Positions 38,801 through 51,783 of a DNA stretch of 64,000 nt are shown here, one piece after another. The notes under the pieces were generated by a model. That model saw nothing but the letters and a program-made list of their open reading frames with translations. It made no database searches and was not told the DNA's origin. The position numbers were made by a program, and so were the translations under genes. How positions within the stretch are numbered: position 1 is the stretch's first letter; every line of letters starts with the position of its first letter. This DNA is from Thelocarpon superellum (lineage: Eukaryota), in the NCBI GenBank assembly GCA_026025795.1, contig JAPEUG010000053.1:1-64000 (forward strand). The letters run 5' to 3'.

Positions 38801-40019
38801 TGGCCCCACCGCCACTCGCCGCGCGCCGCCCTCTCCCTGTGATCATCCCCGAGCGCCGTGGCCCCGGTAGGCATAAGTCACTCACGACAACTTGCCTCCC
38901 CACCCACACCCCTTCGCCCCCCTTCCCTTTGCCCCCCCTGTCGCGACGGCCGTAGCGGCGGCGCTAGTGAGCCCTGCCTGGCAGCAGCAGCAGCAGCGTT
39001 GTCAGGAATGACGGTGTCAATGGAACGACACAGCCATTCCAGATCCTGCGCTTGCCTTTCCCTGGTGCCCACCCTCCCACACCCACTACTCCGCCAGCAG
39101 AATAGTGTCGGATCCGGCGCGCTCTGACAAGCCCAGCTGGGCCCTTGCCCGTCACAGATTGCCGGCTATCCTCATCCCTGTCGCTATGCAAGCCTTGTCG
39201 CGCGGTCGCCGTCACGCCCCGACCGTCGTTCCGCCGTCGGCACTATTGAGTTGCGCCCGTTATTTCGAGGATGATGCACTATTGCTTTGTCGTGTTTGGA
39301 ACCGGGGGGCGAGTCGCAGTCGCAATACCAGCAGCTCCACGGCTACGGGTTCGCCGCCAAGGAAGCCGCAAGCATCCACCCACCCACGCGCTATCCTCCT
39401 CTCCACACCGTGACCACCTACCTCGCACTGCACTGCACTCGACCAAATCGGCGCCAAGCCCGACCGGGGGGGCGCTCGACAGGGGTGGCGTTGCCGGTGC
39501 GCTGCTCCACCCAGGGATTCCCGTCGTCGTCATACGCCCGCTGGACTCCGCTCCACAGCCTTCTCTCGCGTACAGTATTAGTACAAGTCAGCCTGCATCC
39601 TCTTGCCTTGCCCACCTCGCCCTACCTCCACACCACCTCCCCCGCCCTCGTCAATCGCTCGGTCGTGACCGACCACCGCGGCCACTTATCATTACCTCCT
39701 CCTCTCCCCCTCCCCTCGGTCTCTTCACGTCACCTGCGCCTCGCGTGGCAGCCTCGTTTGGTCCAACTCTCCTTGCCACCTGCGCCCGACACCGCCTCTC
39801 CTGCTCTCCTGACGCCCGTCTTCGGATCAAGGTCACCGCCTCACCTTCGGACCTCATCGTGCTTAAAGGGATCCGTCTACCCGTTCCGGACCCCTTTCTG
39901 GCCGTATCAGGATCTGTGCCCAGCTCCGTGAACCCCTTTTGTTTCTTGGAGTGGTGTCCCCTTGGCCTGGAGGTCCGCCGTGTCTGGATCGCGCCCCTGA
40001 GGAAGCCGCCGATTCCATA

Positions 40020-41388
40020 ATGTTACCAACACCTCCACCATCGCCACTGCTGGGATTGTGCAAGCCGGAAGATCGACTAGGGCAGGTCCTCGCCGGTCGG
40101 CTCAAGCTTACTGGCATCCTGGGCGTGGGTGCCTATGGCGTGGTCTACACGGCCATTGACCTCCATACCTCCATTCCCTACGCCGTCAAAGCCCTCAACA
40201 AGATTGGCCTGGACCCCCGGCAGCGGAAGTTCCAGCAGCGGGAGATCCAACTCCACCATCACGCCAGCCACCATCCCAACGTCGTTTCCTTGGTGAAGAT
40301 CCTTGATGACGTGGATTGTACTTTCGTTATCCTTGAGTTCTGTCCCGAGGGTGACCTGTTCTCGAACATCACGGAGCGTGGCCACTACGTCGGGGATGAC
40401 TACCTGGCCAAGCGGATCTTCCTGCAAATCCTGGATGCCGTGGACTTCTGTCACTCCATCGACGTCTACCACCGGGACCTGAAGCCGGAGAACATCCTGG
40501 TGACCGACGGCGGTTGGACCGTGAAGCTTGCCGACTTTGGCTTGGCCACGACGGACCGCATCACCACGGACTTTGGCTGTGGATCGACCTTCTACATGTC
40601 GCCAGGTACTTACCCCAACCTCGCCTGCGATTTCGGAGGCTCCTCACTAACGGGTCGTAGAATGCCAACAAAGCGCCCCCAAGGGCTACTCGGGCTACCT
40701 CTCTGCCCCCAACGACGTCTGGTCCTTGGGCGTTATTCTGGTCAACTTGACATGCGGTCGCAACCCTTGGAAGCGAGCCTCAGCCGAGGACGCAACCTTC
40801 CGGGCCTATCTCAAGGACTCCAATTTCCTGCGGACCATCCTGCCTCTGTCCCCGGAGTTGGATTCCATCTTGCGGCGCATCTTTGAGTGCGATCCGTTGA
40901 AGCGAATCACCATTGCGGAACTCCGGGAACGCATCATCCATTGCCCGCGGTTCACCAGCCAGCGGACGGCGTTGCCATCGCCCCCGATCAGTGAGCCCAG
41001 CGTCTCGTGCCGCGTGGAGCCCTTTGCCGACATCGTGTCGGTTCCTGGCCCTCTCCCGACTTTCCAGCAATTACCACCCTCGCCTCCTCCCGAACAAGCC
41101 AGTGAAGCGGCCTTTGCCCCCGCAGGATTTGTCGGGTGTACTCCACAATACTCTCAACTTACCGCGGGATCTGGATCTTGCAGTTCGGACGTGGGTTCGG
41201 TCTTCTCCGTCGTGTCCGGGTCGTCGTCGTGTTCTGCACTCTCGACGACGTCCAGCGCGACACCAGCCCAGGTCCGATACGTGGCTCCCCAACCGACCCT
41301 CTGTGGCAACCTCTTGATCCCCGCCCTGGACTTGGTTGGCAAACACATCGTCCCATCCCACTGTGGCTTTGGCGTCCGGGTCCACTGA
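40020..41388 (+). CDS. Ran1/Pat1-like (Sks1/Vhs1 family) Ser/Thr protein kinase
   Basis: LGVGAYGVVY, YAVKAL, YHRDLKPENIL, LADFGLAT, GCGSTFYMSPEC and LVNLTCGRNPWK. Intron 40606-40660. Confidence 0.92.
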
Positions 41389-44300
41389 GGTTCTTCCCGG
41401 TCCGCGAATTATGAGGAGGACGCTAGTCTGCGTTCCGCTCTCCTGGATGGACCTAGGACGGCGTTTGAGCGATTTGCAACGACCATGTCGATACCATCAC
41501 CCGAATGCCGGTTTCATCTTGGAGGGACGAAGTGCTCTTCTTTCGGGTCAACTCTTTGATAGAACCCCGCTACCTTCTATAGAAGTTTGGAGGTGTCCGA
41601 CAATCTGCGCTGTTTTCTTTTCTGTGATATTTCTATTACACCTTTGGGAAGGATTTGGTGAAGGCCTGTGAGCATCTACACACGGAGCCAAAATCGGCAA
41701 GCGTTGGCAGGTATGGGTGGGAGGGATTTCGGACGGGGGCTTTGGCGTCCACACGCAGCATTATTAGGGATGGTATGCATCGAGACGGCGTTCGTGACTC
41801 TTATCTTGTTTTAATTGGTACGTCGGGATTTTGGATGGTCCCAGATCTACCACCACTCCTGAGTCCAGGGGCAATCTTTCATTGTATACAGGCAGACGAG
41901 GATGACGTGATTGAGAGAAGATATATCGACCGTATCAGATGACATCCAGCGCGTATGCGAGATGGTCATGATACAGTTGGTGTACCAAGCAGTATTCCTG
42001 GCCGGGTACGGACGGGCAAGGCGCTGACGACGACTCCCGGTTTCAATGGGACTGGTAGGCGCGGCTTAGGCCATGCCCAACATCAGGCACATCGACCAAT
42101 GCTCGAGAGGAGACAGGCCCCAGCCGAGCCGTCAGTGCAGTGCAATTTGCCGTGGCGCGGGGCCAGCGGCCAAGGCGGCGGGATGATCAGAATCCCCAAC
42201 TAATGCCGACAATTTCGCCCGGTGTGTCTGTGGCGTTGCCGCCCGCCTCACTTTTCTCCATTTCGCCTCGCCTCGTCTCGCCTCGCCTCGTCTCGCTAGG
42301 CCTCGGCTCGCTTCGCTTCGCTTCGCGTCGTCTCCGGGTGACGGCGGGCGTTGGCTGTGGGCGTCGCCGCGGGCTTGGGCGTGGGCGTGGGTGCGGGCGC
42401 GGGCGCGGTCGTGGCTGCCTCGGGTCGACTTCCCTGCCACCGGCGGCCCTCCTGTCCCTGCTCCCCCTGCCTCCCTCGGGCGTAATCTGGGAACGACGCC
42501 CGGACCCATGTGACCGTCTGGCGCAAGCCACCGTCCACCACGACCCGGCGCGGCCGATCGACCGACTAGGCGCCATGGTCGAGCTGGCGAGGCCTGCATG
42601 CTGCTCGACGGTGCGTCTGTTAGGCCCGCCCTCGTGAGGGAGCCGCGGGCACGACTGGAGCAGTTGAGGCAGGTGGGTTGCGTTGTTGGTGCATCGAGCG
42701 TGCAGCGTGCACCGCATCTGCATGCACGCCGATTGCTTTGATTGCGCTGCGGGACGCTCATTCGCCATCATCCTCCTTGCACCTCCCGAACCCGCAGGAC
42801 GCAAGGCCAGGCAAAAAAGCGGGGGGCCATGCGCTGGGTCAGCGCTGGATCCTGTGGATCCCGACCCGACCAGCGACGATAATCCTCCGACCCTCCGAAC
42901 CCTGTGCTCGCGCGGCCCTGCCCTTCACGCTTCCATCGGTGCCCGTGCGTTTCACGGTCGCGATTGTGGCCGCGCCCGTGGCCGCGTTCGATGACGGTGA
43001 CCAGCCGCGTTAGTATCGATGATCCGGTCCGCTTAGCCCCGCTCCGTATTCCCCATGCGCTCCATCGCCGCATTCATCCTCCGGGCGGAAATTGCCCATC
43101 CCTGACGGCCGGTGGGTCGACCCTCCCATCGCGGCACATCAGTTGCGAAGCATGGCCTTTGTTGGTATGGTTCTGTTGCCCCGCTACGAGACCATGTACT
43201 GCGTGATGCAAGTCTTGGCGTGCGCGTCCGGCATGCACATATATCATCGTCGACGATATCTCTGGCGAATAGCCTGTCATCTAGGAAGGTGCGTACAGTA
43301 GTCGATCACTACTGTATGTACGTGCATGCAGCTCGCTCGATATGATTGTGTCATCGGCACCACCCACAGGCTCGTCTCGCGCCTCCTGTCGCTTCGTTTC
43401 GCATTGCTCTTTCCCATGTCTCGGAGCTTCGGACCATACGCATCGAGCCTGTGACGCGGGTGTACGTCAGGGTGGGCTGTGGAGATCTGAGGAGGGTGGT
43501 TGAATTTGGTCAGGCTGATTCGTCCACCACACGCCTCCGATGAAGTGTCTAAATCGAGCGTGAGGTTGATCACGTCTCACGTCACGATATGTCTTTTTTA
43601 CATGCGCACTGACATGCGCACCTACATGCACTGGCTCTCCTACATACAGGTCTCGTTCAAAAGAAAGGTCCAGATGCCTACTGGGGTCTATGGAGAGGGG
43701 AGACTCGCCAAATTATTTGCCATACAAGTAATAGAGTGTTTTCGCAGTAGAGTTTGATGCTGAATTTGATGCTGGGTGAATTCTGTTGTTGCTTGTAACA
43801 AGAAAATTACTCGGCCTATTAGCACCAAGCTATGATCAATTAGGAGATCATGTGATATCGAAAGCTGCGATGGTCTTGCCACAACCCCCCCCCACCTGAT
43901 TCTGTAGGGATCCTGCTAACAACACCACAACCACAAGGATGAGCGACATCCTTGAAGCTTCAGAAGCTGCAGCAATCAGGATACTGGTGATCACTGTGGC
44001 TGTGTCCAGGAACAAGGACCAGTGCAACAAGGAAGCACTAACAATTCCCCATCAACTGTCAACCCACCACTTCTCCTTCAACTTCAACCTGGATCTATGG
44101 AGTGAGGAACAGTTGTATTAATATACACAGTAGGTCCTCTCACTATCCAAGAGCAGATTGCTAACTTCAAGTCACTTGTTCTAGGTTCTAGAAGGACAAG
44201 ATACAACAACTGTGCTCCCTCTTGGACCTGGACAACATCAACTTCTAGAATCAATATACAGCCAGCTCTGAGCTGGCCCTTTGCCTTGTCATAATGCACC

Positions 44301-44766
44301 TGGCCTTGCTAGAGTGCTATTGTTAGGCCACATCCCTGTTTGGACAGTTGTCAGCCTACCTATTGACAGTCTTCAACAACATTGTTCAGCATCTGGATAC
44401 TTGGTTCAGCCACCTCCTCATGTGGCACCCCTGCCTCAATTCCTACACCAACCTACACCAATTCAGTACCACTGTCACTTATTGCACAGGCCTTCCTAGC
44501 ACCCTGATATGGGGCCTTATCAATGGAATGTTTCAACTGTTCTGTCAACCTACAACAAACCAATGGCTATCATATTCCAGGTATAAGAAGGCCTATGGAT
44601 TGAAGTTCCAGGGAATTGTGACACTAGATAGCCTGCTATTGTCCTTGGTGGGACCATACCTTGGTCTAGAGAACAATTGGATACAGCTTGTTCATTCCAG
44701 TGTCCAGGATTGTATTGTGGTAGTGAGTTTCCTAATCATCTTCTGTTCAACTACTACTACTACTGC

Positions 44767-45023
44767 TGTGATGACAAAGGCCTACAGCTAGGCAGAAACA
44801 GTAGACATAGTCAATGGAGTTGACTCTGTGGCTTCTAGGGCTCATAGACCTATAGCTAGCCTCCTTGTGTTACTCAAGTTGAATACTGAGGCTCTGCTAG
44901 CTTGTAGCAGGACTTGGTTTATATACAGTGTGCCAGGTCATGTGCTGTATCATGTGACTATCATGTGGCCATCACATGATCACTCCTATCCTTGTGGCAA
45001 GGTGTGGAGCTCCCAGCCTCACA
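44767..45023 (-). repeat. 3' LTR
   Basis: Aligns without gaps to 51527-51783 (20 substitutions by manual count). Adjacent to the PPT AAGGAAGGGGGTAAT on the minus strand. Confidence 0.96.
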
Positions 45024-45361
45024 ATTACCCCCTTCCTTAGTGCTCTGTTCCAGGAGTGCACACAGCTATTCACCTACTGCTATTGAACTGGTTGGCTCTG
45101 TGGGGTGGTTGTCAATAGTGCTGTAGGGCTAGGGCAATGTGTTGTTGTTGTGTTGTGGTGAATTGCTGCTAATTTGCATGTTGTTGATATTTGTTGTAGG
45201 TCTGTTAACACTCTGCTTCTTCTACAGCTTCTTTGTCAACCAGGATCTTGATCTGCAATTGTTGTAGCTTCTTTGTTCAAGGATATCCTGTGTTTGTTCT
45301 GCTCCTGTTCTGCTTCCATCAATCCACTTCTGCCTCTGTTCTGCTTTTGCCAAACCTCACA

Positions 45362-46046
45362 ATGTCTGCTGTGTTCCCTGAGCAGGTAGCTGCACCTAGC
45401 CCACCTCCTGTGTTGGATCAGAGCACCTGTTAACACTGCATCAAGTGGATTAGCCACAACCACAGCCATAGGTGCCATAAGCCTAATCTGTATGGGAAGT
45501 GTGATAGGTGCCAAACTGCTGGGCACCCCTGTCTCTTAGTACATTGATTGCTCTGCTACATAGCTGTACTGATTTGTTGACCAGATCCTGATGAAGTTTG
45601 TGGGATAGGTGAACACCATCTTCTAGCTGCAAGAGCAGTACATGAACTTGCTCCTTCATCCTCCTACTAACACCATTGTAGTGGAATCACAGCTAGAGAC
45701 CTATAGGTCTAGCCTGCTGCTCCACATCTCAAAGTTCTGTTCTACTGTCAAATTCAATGAGTGTGGATAGTGTGACAGCAGCACTCTTCTTGCTGCAACT
45801 GAGCATTTGAACTTCCTCCTGATGGAGATCCTGAACCAGCTGTGCTACTTGGTAGGTGTCTGTGTTGTCTCTGCTGCTTGCTGGGTGTTGCTCACATTGT
45901 GGCAGAATCGATTCTCTACAGTCTGCCTGTTTGGTCCTGATGAGGACCCTGACCTTCTAGACAAACCACTTGAGGGTGAGGCTGCTCCTCAAGTGTGTGG
46001 TTTCACAATTGGCAGAGTCAACCCTAGCACAAACCCCAGTTCCTGA
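45362..46046 (+). pseudogene. Antisense accessory gene inside the chromovirus, with a Cys6 motif and two putative introns
   Basis: ATG 45362, then C*HC-x11-C-x7-CDRC-x6-C. Introns 45539-45584 and 45852-45905. Stops are TAA/TAG, as expected from transitions. Confidence 0.6.
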
Positions 46047-46519
46047 TCTGCTAGGTGTTGTGGATGTGGGCGTAGATTGACCCAAGATGCTCCATTGTCT
46101 CTATTGTCTATTGCCTCAACCCCAAGCCAAGGTCCTTCAGGGGGGACAATGACCTTAGAACCATCCCCAAGTGCTAGCTGCTAGGCCTTGCAGTCTGCAA
46201 CTCCTCACACCCCACATGGCTGAACAGTATCCAGCACTTCCCACATAGCTCTTGACAGAGCTGAGGCCTCCTGTTGTCCTCTAGCTGACAACTAGCTGCT
46301 TGTTGGTCACACCTTGTAGGTCCTTTCCTGTTGAGGTGATCTTTGTATCTCCTACTATGTGGTTAGGCCCTAGGCCCCCAGCTACTAGAAGCTAAGCCCA
46401 CATGCCACTAGCTTTCTAGGTTGCTGTGGCTTCCCTACAGAGGGACTGAATCCATTCTTAATCAACTGCCTAGTGTTGTGCCTGTGATTGTCTTGTAGGA
46501 GCTGTAGGATGCTTGTGTT

Positions 46520-49500
46520 GATGTTGTTTGAACTTGTTGAGTAGGTCTTGTGAGTGTAGCAGGTCTTCCTCAGGCACCTAGGAGTTGTGAGCCTCTGAGT
46601 ATCCTTTCTATTGTATAAGGTAGAGCTGCTTCCTATACTGCTTGTGTTCTACTAGTATAGACTCTATTTCCTATTTGTCTTTGCTGTTGATCTGGATAGG
46701 GCCTGGTTGCTCCTCATTGCTGTTGTCTCTCTGCCTGTGGGGTTCCAACAGGGAGATGTGGAACACAGGGTGTATCTTGCCCAGCTTGCTCCCTAGGTCC
46801 AATTAGTAGGCCTGCCTGCCTACTGCTTCCAATATGTGGAATGGGCTATAGTATTTTGTGTCAAGCTTCTTGCTTGGTCTTGTAGAGCAGATGTTGTGTG
46901 CTGATAGCCACACCTGCTGTCCAACTGCATATGTCATTTGCTTTGTCTTGCAATTGTAGTATCTGGCCTGTGTTTTTTGGGCTTTCTAGAGCTGCTGCAC
47001 AAGTTCCCCTTGTAGCTCCTGTAGGTGGCTAACCCTCTATGTGATATCTGGGACCTTGCAAGGGGGTGGATCCCTAGTCAGGTTGAGCACAGGGTTGTAG
47101 CTGTACATTGCATAGAACAGTGATACTCCCAACAAGGTGTGGCGACTGTTGTTGTAGGAGAATTTGGCTAGGGGTAGCTATTAGACCCAATTGTCTTGAT
47201 GCTAGTTGACATAGCTGCAAAGGTATTGCTTAAGTGTCTAGTTCTGTTGTTCTGTCTGTCTGTCTGTTTGCAGATAGAATGCAGAGCTCAAGCAGTGCTT
47301 GATCCTTGTGTGGTAGCACAGTGTAGACTAGAAGCTTGCTGTGAACACTGTGCCTCTGTCAGAGACTATAGAGCTTAGTAGCCTATATCTGCTAACAACC
47401 TGCTCAATGAAGACATCTGCTAGCTCAGGTGTGTCAATTGTCTTGCAAACTGCAATGTAGCACACCATTTTGGTGAAGTGGTCTATGACAACTAAGATGG
47501 AGTTGTAGGCCTTCCTGCTGCTACCACTTGGGGGTAGGTTGGTGACAAAATCCATGGTTAGGTCTTTCCATAGTTCCAATAGTGGAGGAAGCAATTGTAG
47601 CTCTCCATACTACTTGTGCCTTGCTAGCTTCATTTGTCTACACATAGCACAGGTAAGGATGTACTCCTCAATGTCCTAGGCCATAGTAGGCTAGCTGTAC
47701 TTTTGCTGGACCAGCTCTATAGTCCTGTGTACACCAAAGTGCCCTGCTAAAGGGTTGTCATAGTGGGTTTGCATAACCTCTGAGTGTCCTGCTCCCTAAG
47801 CAGGAACATACAGGTGCCCCTTGTGGAGCACAAGGCTGTCTGTGTCCTTGCTCCATACCCCTGCAGGGTTGTTGTGTTCTTGTGTCAATGTATTAGTGTT
47901 GTCTTGCAGGAAGCCCTTCTGTGTCATATGTACAATGTTAGGGTCTGCTTGCTACAGTTCTGCAAGGACCTTGCAGAAATCGCTTGTAGCTTTGCTGTAG
48001 GCTGTCTTGGTGTGTGATGCTGCAATCACTGTTTGTCACAGTGTAATGCACACATGGCTGCCACTGCTAACAATCAGGGCAAGTGCTGCTGCTCCTCCTG
48101 GTTCACCTGTCACATGGGGTTGGTTGTGGCCAGCCATGGTATTGACAAACCATGTGGGAGTTCCCTGCTTGGGGGCAGTGGCTTGCTTGTAGTCTGGATG
48201 TCTTAATAGAGCATCAGCTGGGTTTAATCTCCCTGGCTGATGTATGATTTAGAAGTTATATTTGGATAGGTTGCTATACTACCTCTTGTGGTGTCCACTC
48301 AGTGTCTTAGCTGAGGTGAATGTGTGGAGATTGTTGTGATCTGTCACCACCTTGATCTAGTGTGCTGTACCCTGGAGGTAGTGTCTCCACTGTGCAAATG
48401 CTGTGACAATTGCTAGCATCTCTAGGTTGCCTGTATTGTAGTTGTACTTAGTGTCTCTGAGCTTGCACAAGTAGAACACAATGGGTTGCTATTGGTGGTG
48501 TAGCTTCTCATCTTCCTAGTGCTGCTAGCACAGGATTCCTGAGATGCCTATCTGTGAGGCATCTGTCTTGACCTGTAGGGGGAGGCAGGGATCAAAGTGG
48601 CCTAAGACTAGTGCCTTGGTGAAGGTGTTGTGTAGTTGTTTGAAGGATTGGTGAGCTTCCTGTGTCAACACCACAGGTGTGTTTGACTTCTTGCTTGGTG
48701 TCTTCACCAGTGCATTGAGTAGCTGCACAAGCTCTGCAAAGCCCTTGATGAAGCGCCTGTAGAAGTTCACAAATCCAATGAATGATTGGATATCCCTTGT
48801 AGTCTTGGGAGCTAGCCATTCTACAACAGCTTCCACCTTGCTAGGGTCTATATAGACCCCCTGAGGTGTGATGACATACCCTACAAAGGGGACTCTGTTG
48901 ACATTGAACTGGCACTTTTCTAGCTTGAGAAATAGGCTGAGGTGTAGGAGGTGTTTAAGCACCTTGTGCATGTGCTGTGTGTGCTCAGCCTTGACTTCAC
49001 TGTATATGACAATGTCATCCAAGTATACTACACAGAAGTTGTCTAGGTATTCTGCTAGTCCTCTATTGATATAGCTCTAGAATGTAGCAGGGGTGTTGAC
49101 AAGCCCAAATGGCATCACCTGGTATTTGAAGTGTCTATATCTTGTTTGGAAGGCTGTCTTCCACTTATCCCTGTCCTTGATGCAGATCAGGTTGTACACA
49201 GTGTGTACATCAAGCTTGGTGAACACCTTGCCCTGTGAGAGTCAATCTAGCAACTTGCTGATTAATGGTAGTGGGTGCTGGTTCTTCTTAGTGATCTTAT
49301 TAAGACCCCTGTAGTCCATGCAGAGTTGCAGTCCCCCACCTAGCTTAGGTGTGAAGAGGACTAGAGCTCCTGCTAGTGACTTGGAATACTGGATGAACCC
49401 CTTTTCTAGGTTGGTTTCCATGTAGTCCTTGAGGACACTCAGCTCTGTAGCTGATAGGTTGTAGAGGGGCCCCTATAGTGGCTCTCCCTCTATGAGGTCA

Positions 49501-50150
49501 ATGGCCATGTCATGTGGCCTGTGTTGTGGTAGCTGGTTTGCTAGCTCCTCAGAGAAGACCTGCTCAAGGTTGGAGTATTCAGGTAGTATAGATTGACTAG
49601 TAGACACAGCTACCATGATGTAGTGCTCTTGTTGGCTGTTGTCCTTGTAGGACATGTGGATTGTGAGGACACTGATGTGCTCCTACTCTACTACAGCAGC
49701 CAGCTCTCAGGCCTTCACAATTGTGATGTTGTTGCACTACTGCAGGACCTCGCCCCTGTGAGTCTATGTCTTTGTTGTCTAGCAGATGTCTGGGTTGTGC
49801 TTGTTAAGCTACAGGTAACCTAGAACCATCTTGTACTAGTTGAACAGTGTAGCCACAAAGGAGTCCTTTGAGCCTAGGACCTGCCCTTTGCTGTCTCTAG
49901 CACAGCTGGTCAATTGCTTGACCCTATATGTAGAGATGCGATGTCCTCTGAATGCTATTACCTGTGGGGTAGGCTTGTCACAGTCACATAGCTGCAGCTC
50001 CTTAGCTAGCAGATGTGACACAAAGTTTTGTTCTACTCTAGAATTGATTAGCACTATGGCTGCAACTGTCCTGTTATCTTGCAGGATCTTAATCAGGACA
50101 ACTAATTGTCTTGTGTTGGTCTCAGAATGGCAACTCAGTAGCACTGACAC
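46520..50150 (-). pseudogene. Gypsy pol pseudogene (protease, RT, RNase H, integrase, chromodomain)
   Basis: VLINSRVEQNF (decayed DSGA), FCVVYLDDI, KTDASQ, HHCC integrase zinc finger, MDFVT, VSDRG, IHPVFHISLLEP and chromodomain EIESIL..YLIQ*KGY..NS*VPEEDL. Boundaries are approximate. Confidence 0.92.
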
Positions 50151-50159
50151 AATGTCTAC

Positions 50160-51451
50160 TAAGCTCCTGCTTTTGGGTTGTGTGCTAGCTTCCCTTGCTT
50201 CTTGCCACAGCAGTCTTTCTCCTTATAGCCCTTGTAGCCACACTAGTTGCATTCACCACTAAACCTCTTTGACATTGTATGGGTTGAACTGCTGCTATGG
50301 TCCTGGGGCCTAGTTGACATAGATGAGGTGTTTGATGTTGACAGGGTGGACATGCAGTTCCACATACAGCTCCCTCCTGTCAACCAGTTTAGTAGGGATC
50401 AGCCTGACCATGACATCAATTGACTGCTTCCACACAGCTGTGGCACTGATCCACAGCCCTGTTCAGGCCCCAAGCCTAGCCCTAGGGCCCTGCTTGCAGC
50501 CTGAGGGTTCAGGAGTTGCTGAACCTTGGACACCTCTGCTATTAGGCTCTCTTGATCAGTAGGGTGTTTGTCCTTAGCATCAAGTTCTTGTTGTATCTCT
50601 GGTAACAAGCCAGCCTGTAGCACTCCAACACAGGCTGTGTTGTCAATAGGGTCCATGAGGTCCTCTAGTAATTCCAGGTAGGATACAAAGCGAAATAGGT
50701 CCTGTCCTAGCTTCTGCTTTGCTCTATAGTATGACTGTGCTGCACTGTCAGCTCAGGTGTTGCTAGGGTTGATCAAAAGTTGGAAGAAGTCTTTGACTTC
50801 CTTCTAGGTTGTCAGTGGTGTGGCCCCTGCTTGCTTGTGTACAAACTGGTTGACTATGCTAGGTCCTAGCCAGTTGCTCATGAGGGTAAGCTAGTCCTCA
50901 TCTGTCTTATAGGTGTACAGCTTGGTTTGTAGAAGGTGTTTGACATAGTAGACCTAGTATTGCCACTTGTTGTAGGTGTGACTGTTGTAGTAGGGCAGAT
51001 TACCCACATCCCTGTCCTTCTCCTCTCTGTGTCACTTCTGTGTGGTGCCTGAGGATGCAGACAAGTCAGGTGAATGGGGTTGTTGTTGAGGAGCGTTCCT
51101 AGCTGTCTGCTTGGGTGTGGTGTCAAGCTGTGTTTCTCTAGAGGTCTTATTGGTGGTTTCTCTAGGTGTGGTGTCTGTTGTGTGGCTCTGCCACCTAGCA
51201 ATCTCTTGCTCTAGTTTTCGAATATCAGCTTCCTCCTTGAGGACATACAGCTGTTCTTCAAGGGTCTGCTTGTGTTGTAGGTAGGATATTGTGGCTGTAG
51301 GTGGTGTAGGGGCTTCTGTGCTTGTTGAGGCCTACTGGGTCTTATAGTCTTGTTGGCTGTCTGCTAAGATCTTGGTGTTGGTGTTGATGTTGTCAATCCT
51401 GGTCTTAGTGTCAGGTCTGCTTAACCCCTGCATGGCTCCTAGGTAGGACAT
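50160..51451 (-). pseudogene. Gypsy gag pseudogene
   Basis: ATG 51451 just inside the 5' LTR. Decayed CCHC knuckle CN*CGYKGYKEKDC near 50205-50255. Confidence 0.75.
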
Positions 51452-51526
51452 TGCTCAAGTCTCCACTATGGTGCCTGTCTGACTAGTTCCAGCTAGCACC
51501 CTGCTAGGTATCTGAGTGTTCAAAAC

Positions 51527-51783
51527 TGTGACAACAAAGGCCTACAGCTAGGCAGAAACAGTAGACATAGTCAATAGAGTTGACTCTATAGCTCCTAGGG
51601 CTTATAGACCTATAGCTAGCCTCCTTGTGTTACTTGAGTTGAACACTGGGGCTCTGCTAGCTTACAGCAGGACTTGGTTTATATACAGTGTGCTAGGTCA
51701 TGTGCTGTATCATGTGACCATCACATGGCCATCACATGATCACTCCTATCCTTGTAGCAAGGCGTGGAGCTCCTAGCCTCACA
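51527..51783 (-). repeat. 5' LTR
   Basis: Partner of 44767-45023. Minus-strand TATATAAA at 51685-51678. Confidence 0.96.

Larger units (their letters stand above)
44767..51783 (-). mobile_element. Full-length Ty3/Gypsy chromovirus, degenerate (7017 bp)
   Basis: Paired 257-bp LTRs with TGTGA...TCACA ends and a 5-bp TSD ACTGC (44762-44766, 51784-51788). PPT at about 45024-45038. Domain order gag-PR-RT-RH-IN-chromodomain. Confidence 0.96.

Noticed and set aside
39939..40019. In-frame TTG extension upstream of the kinase
   Set aside because: ATG 40020 has A at -3 and begins a typical MLPTPPPSP N-terminus. Nothing supports use of the TTG.
42260..42420. TCGCC/TCGCT and GGGCGT repeat runs and the ORFs across them
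   Set aside because: Simple low-complexity repeats with no further structure.
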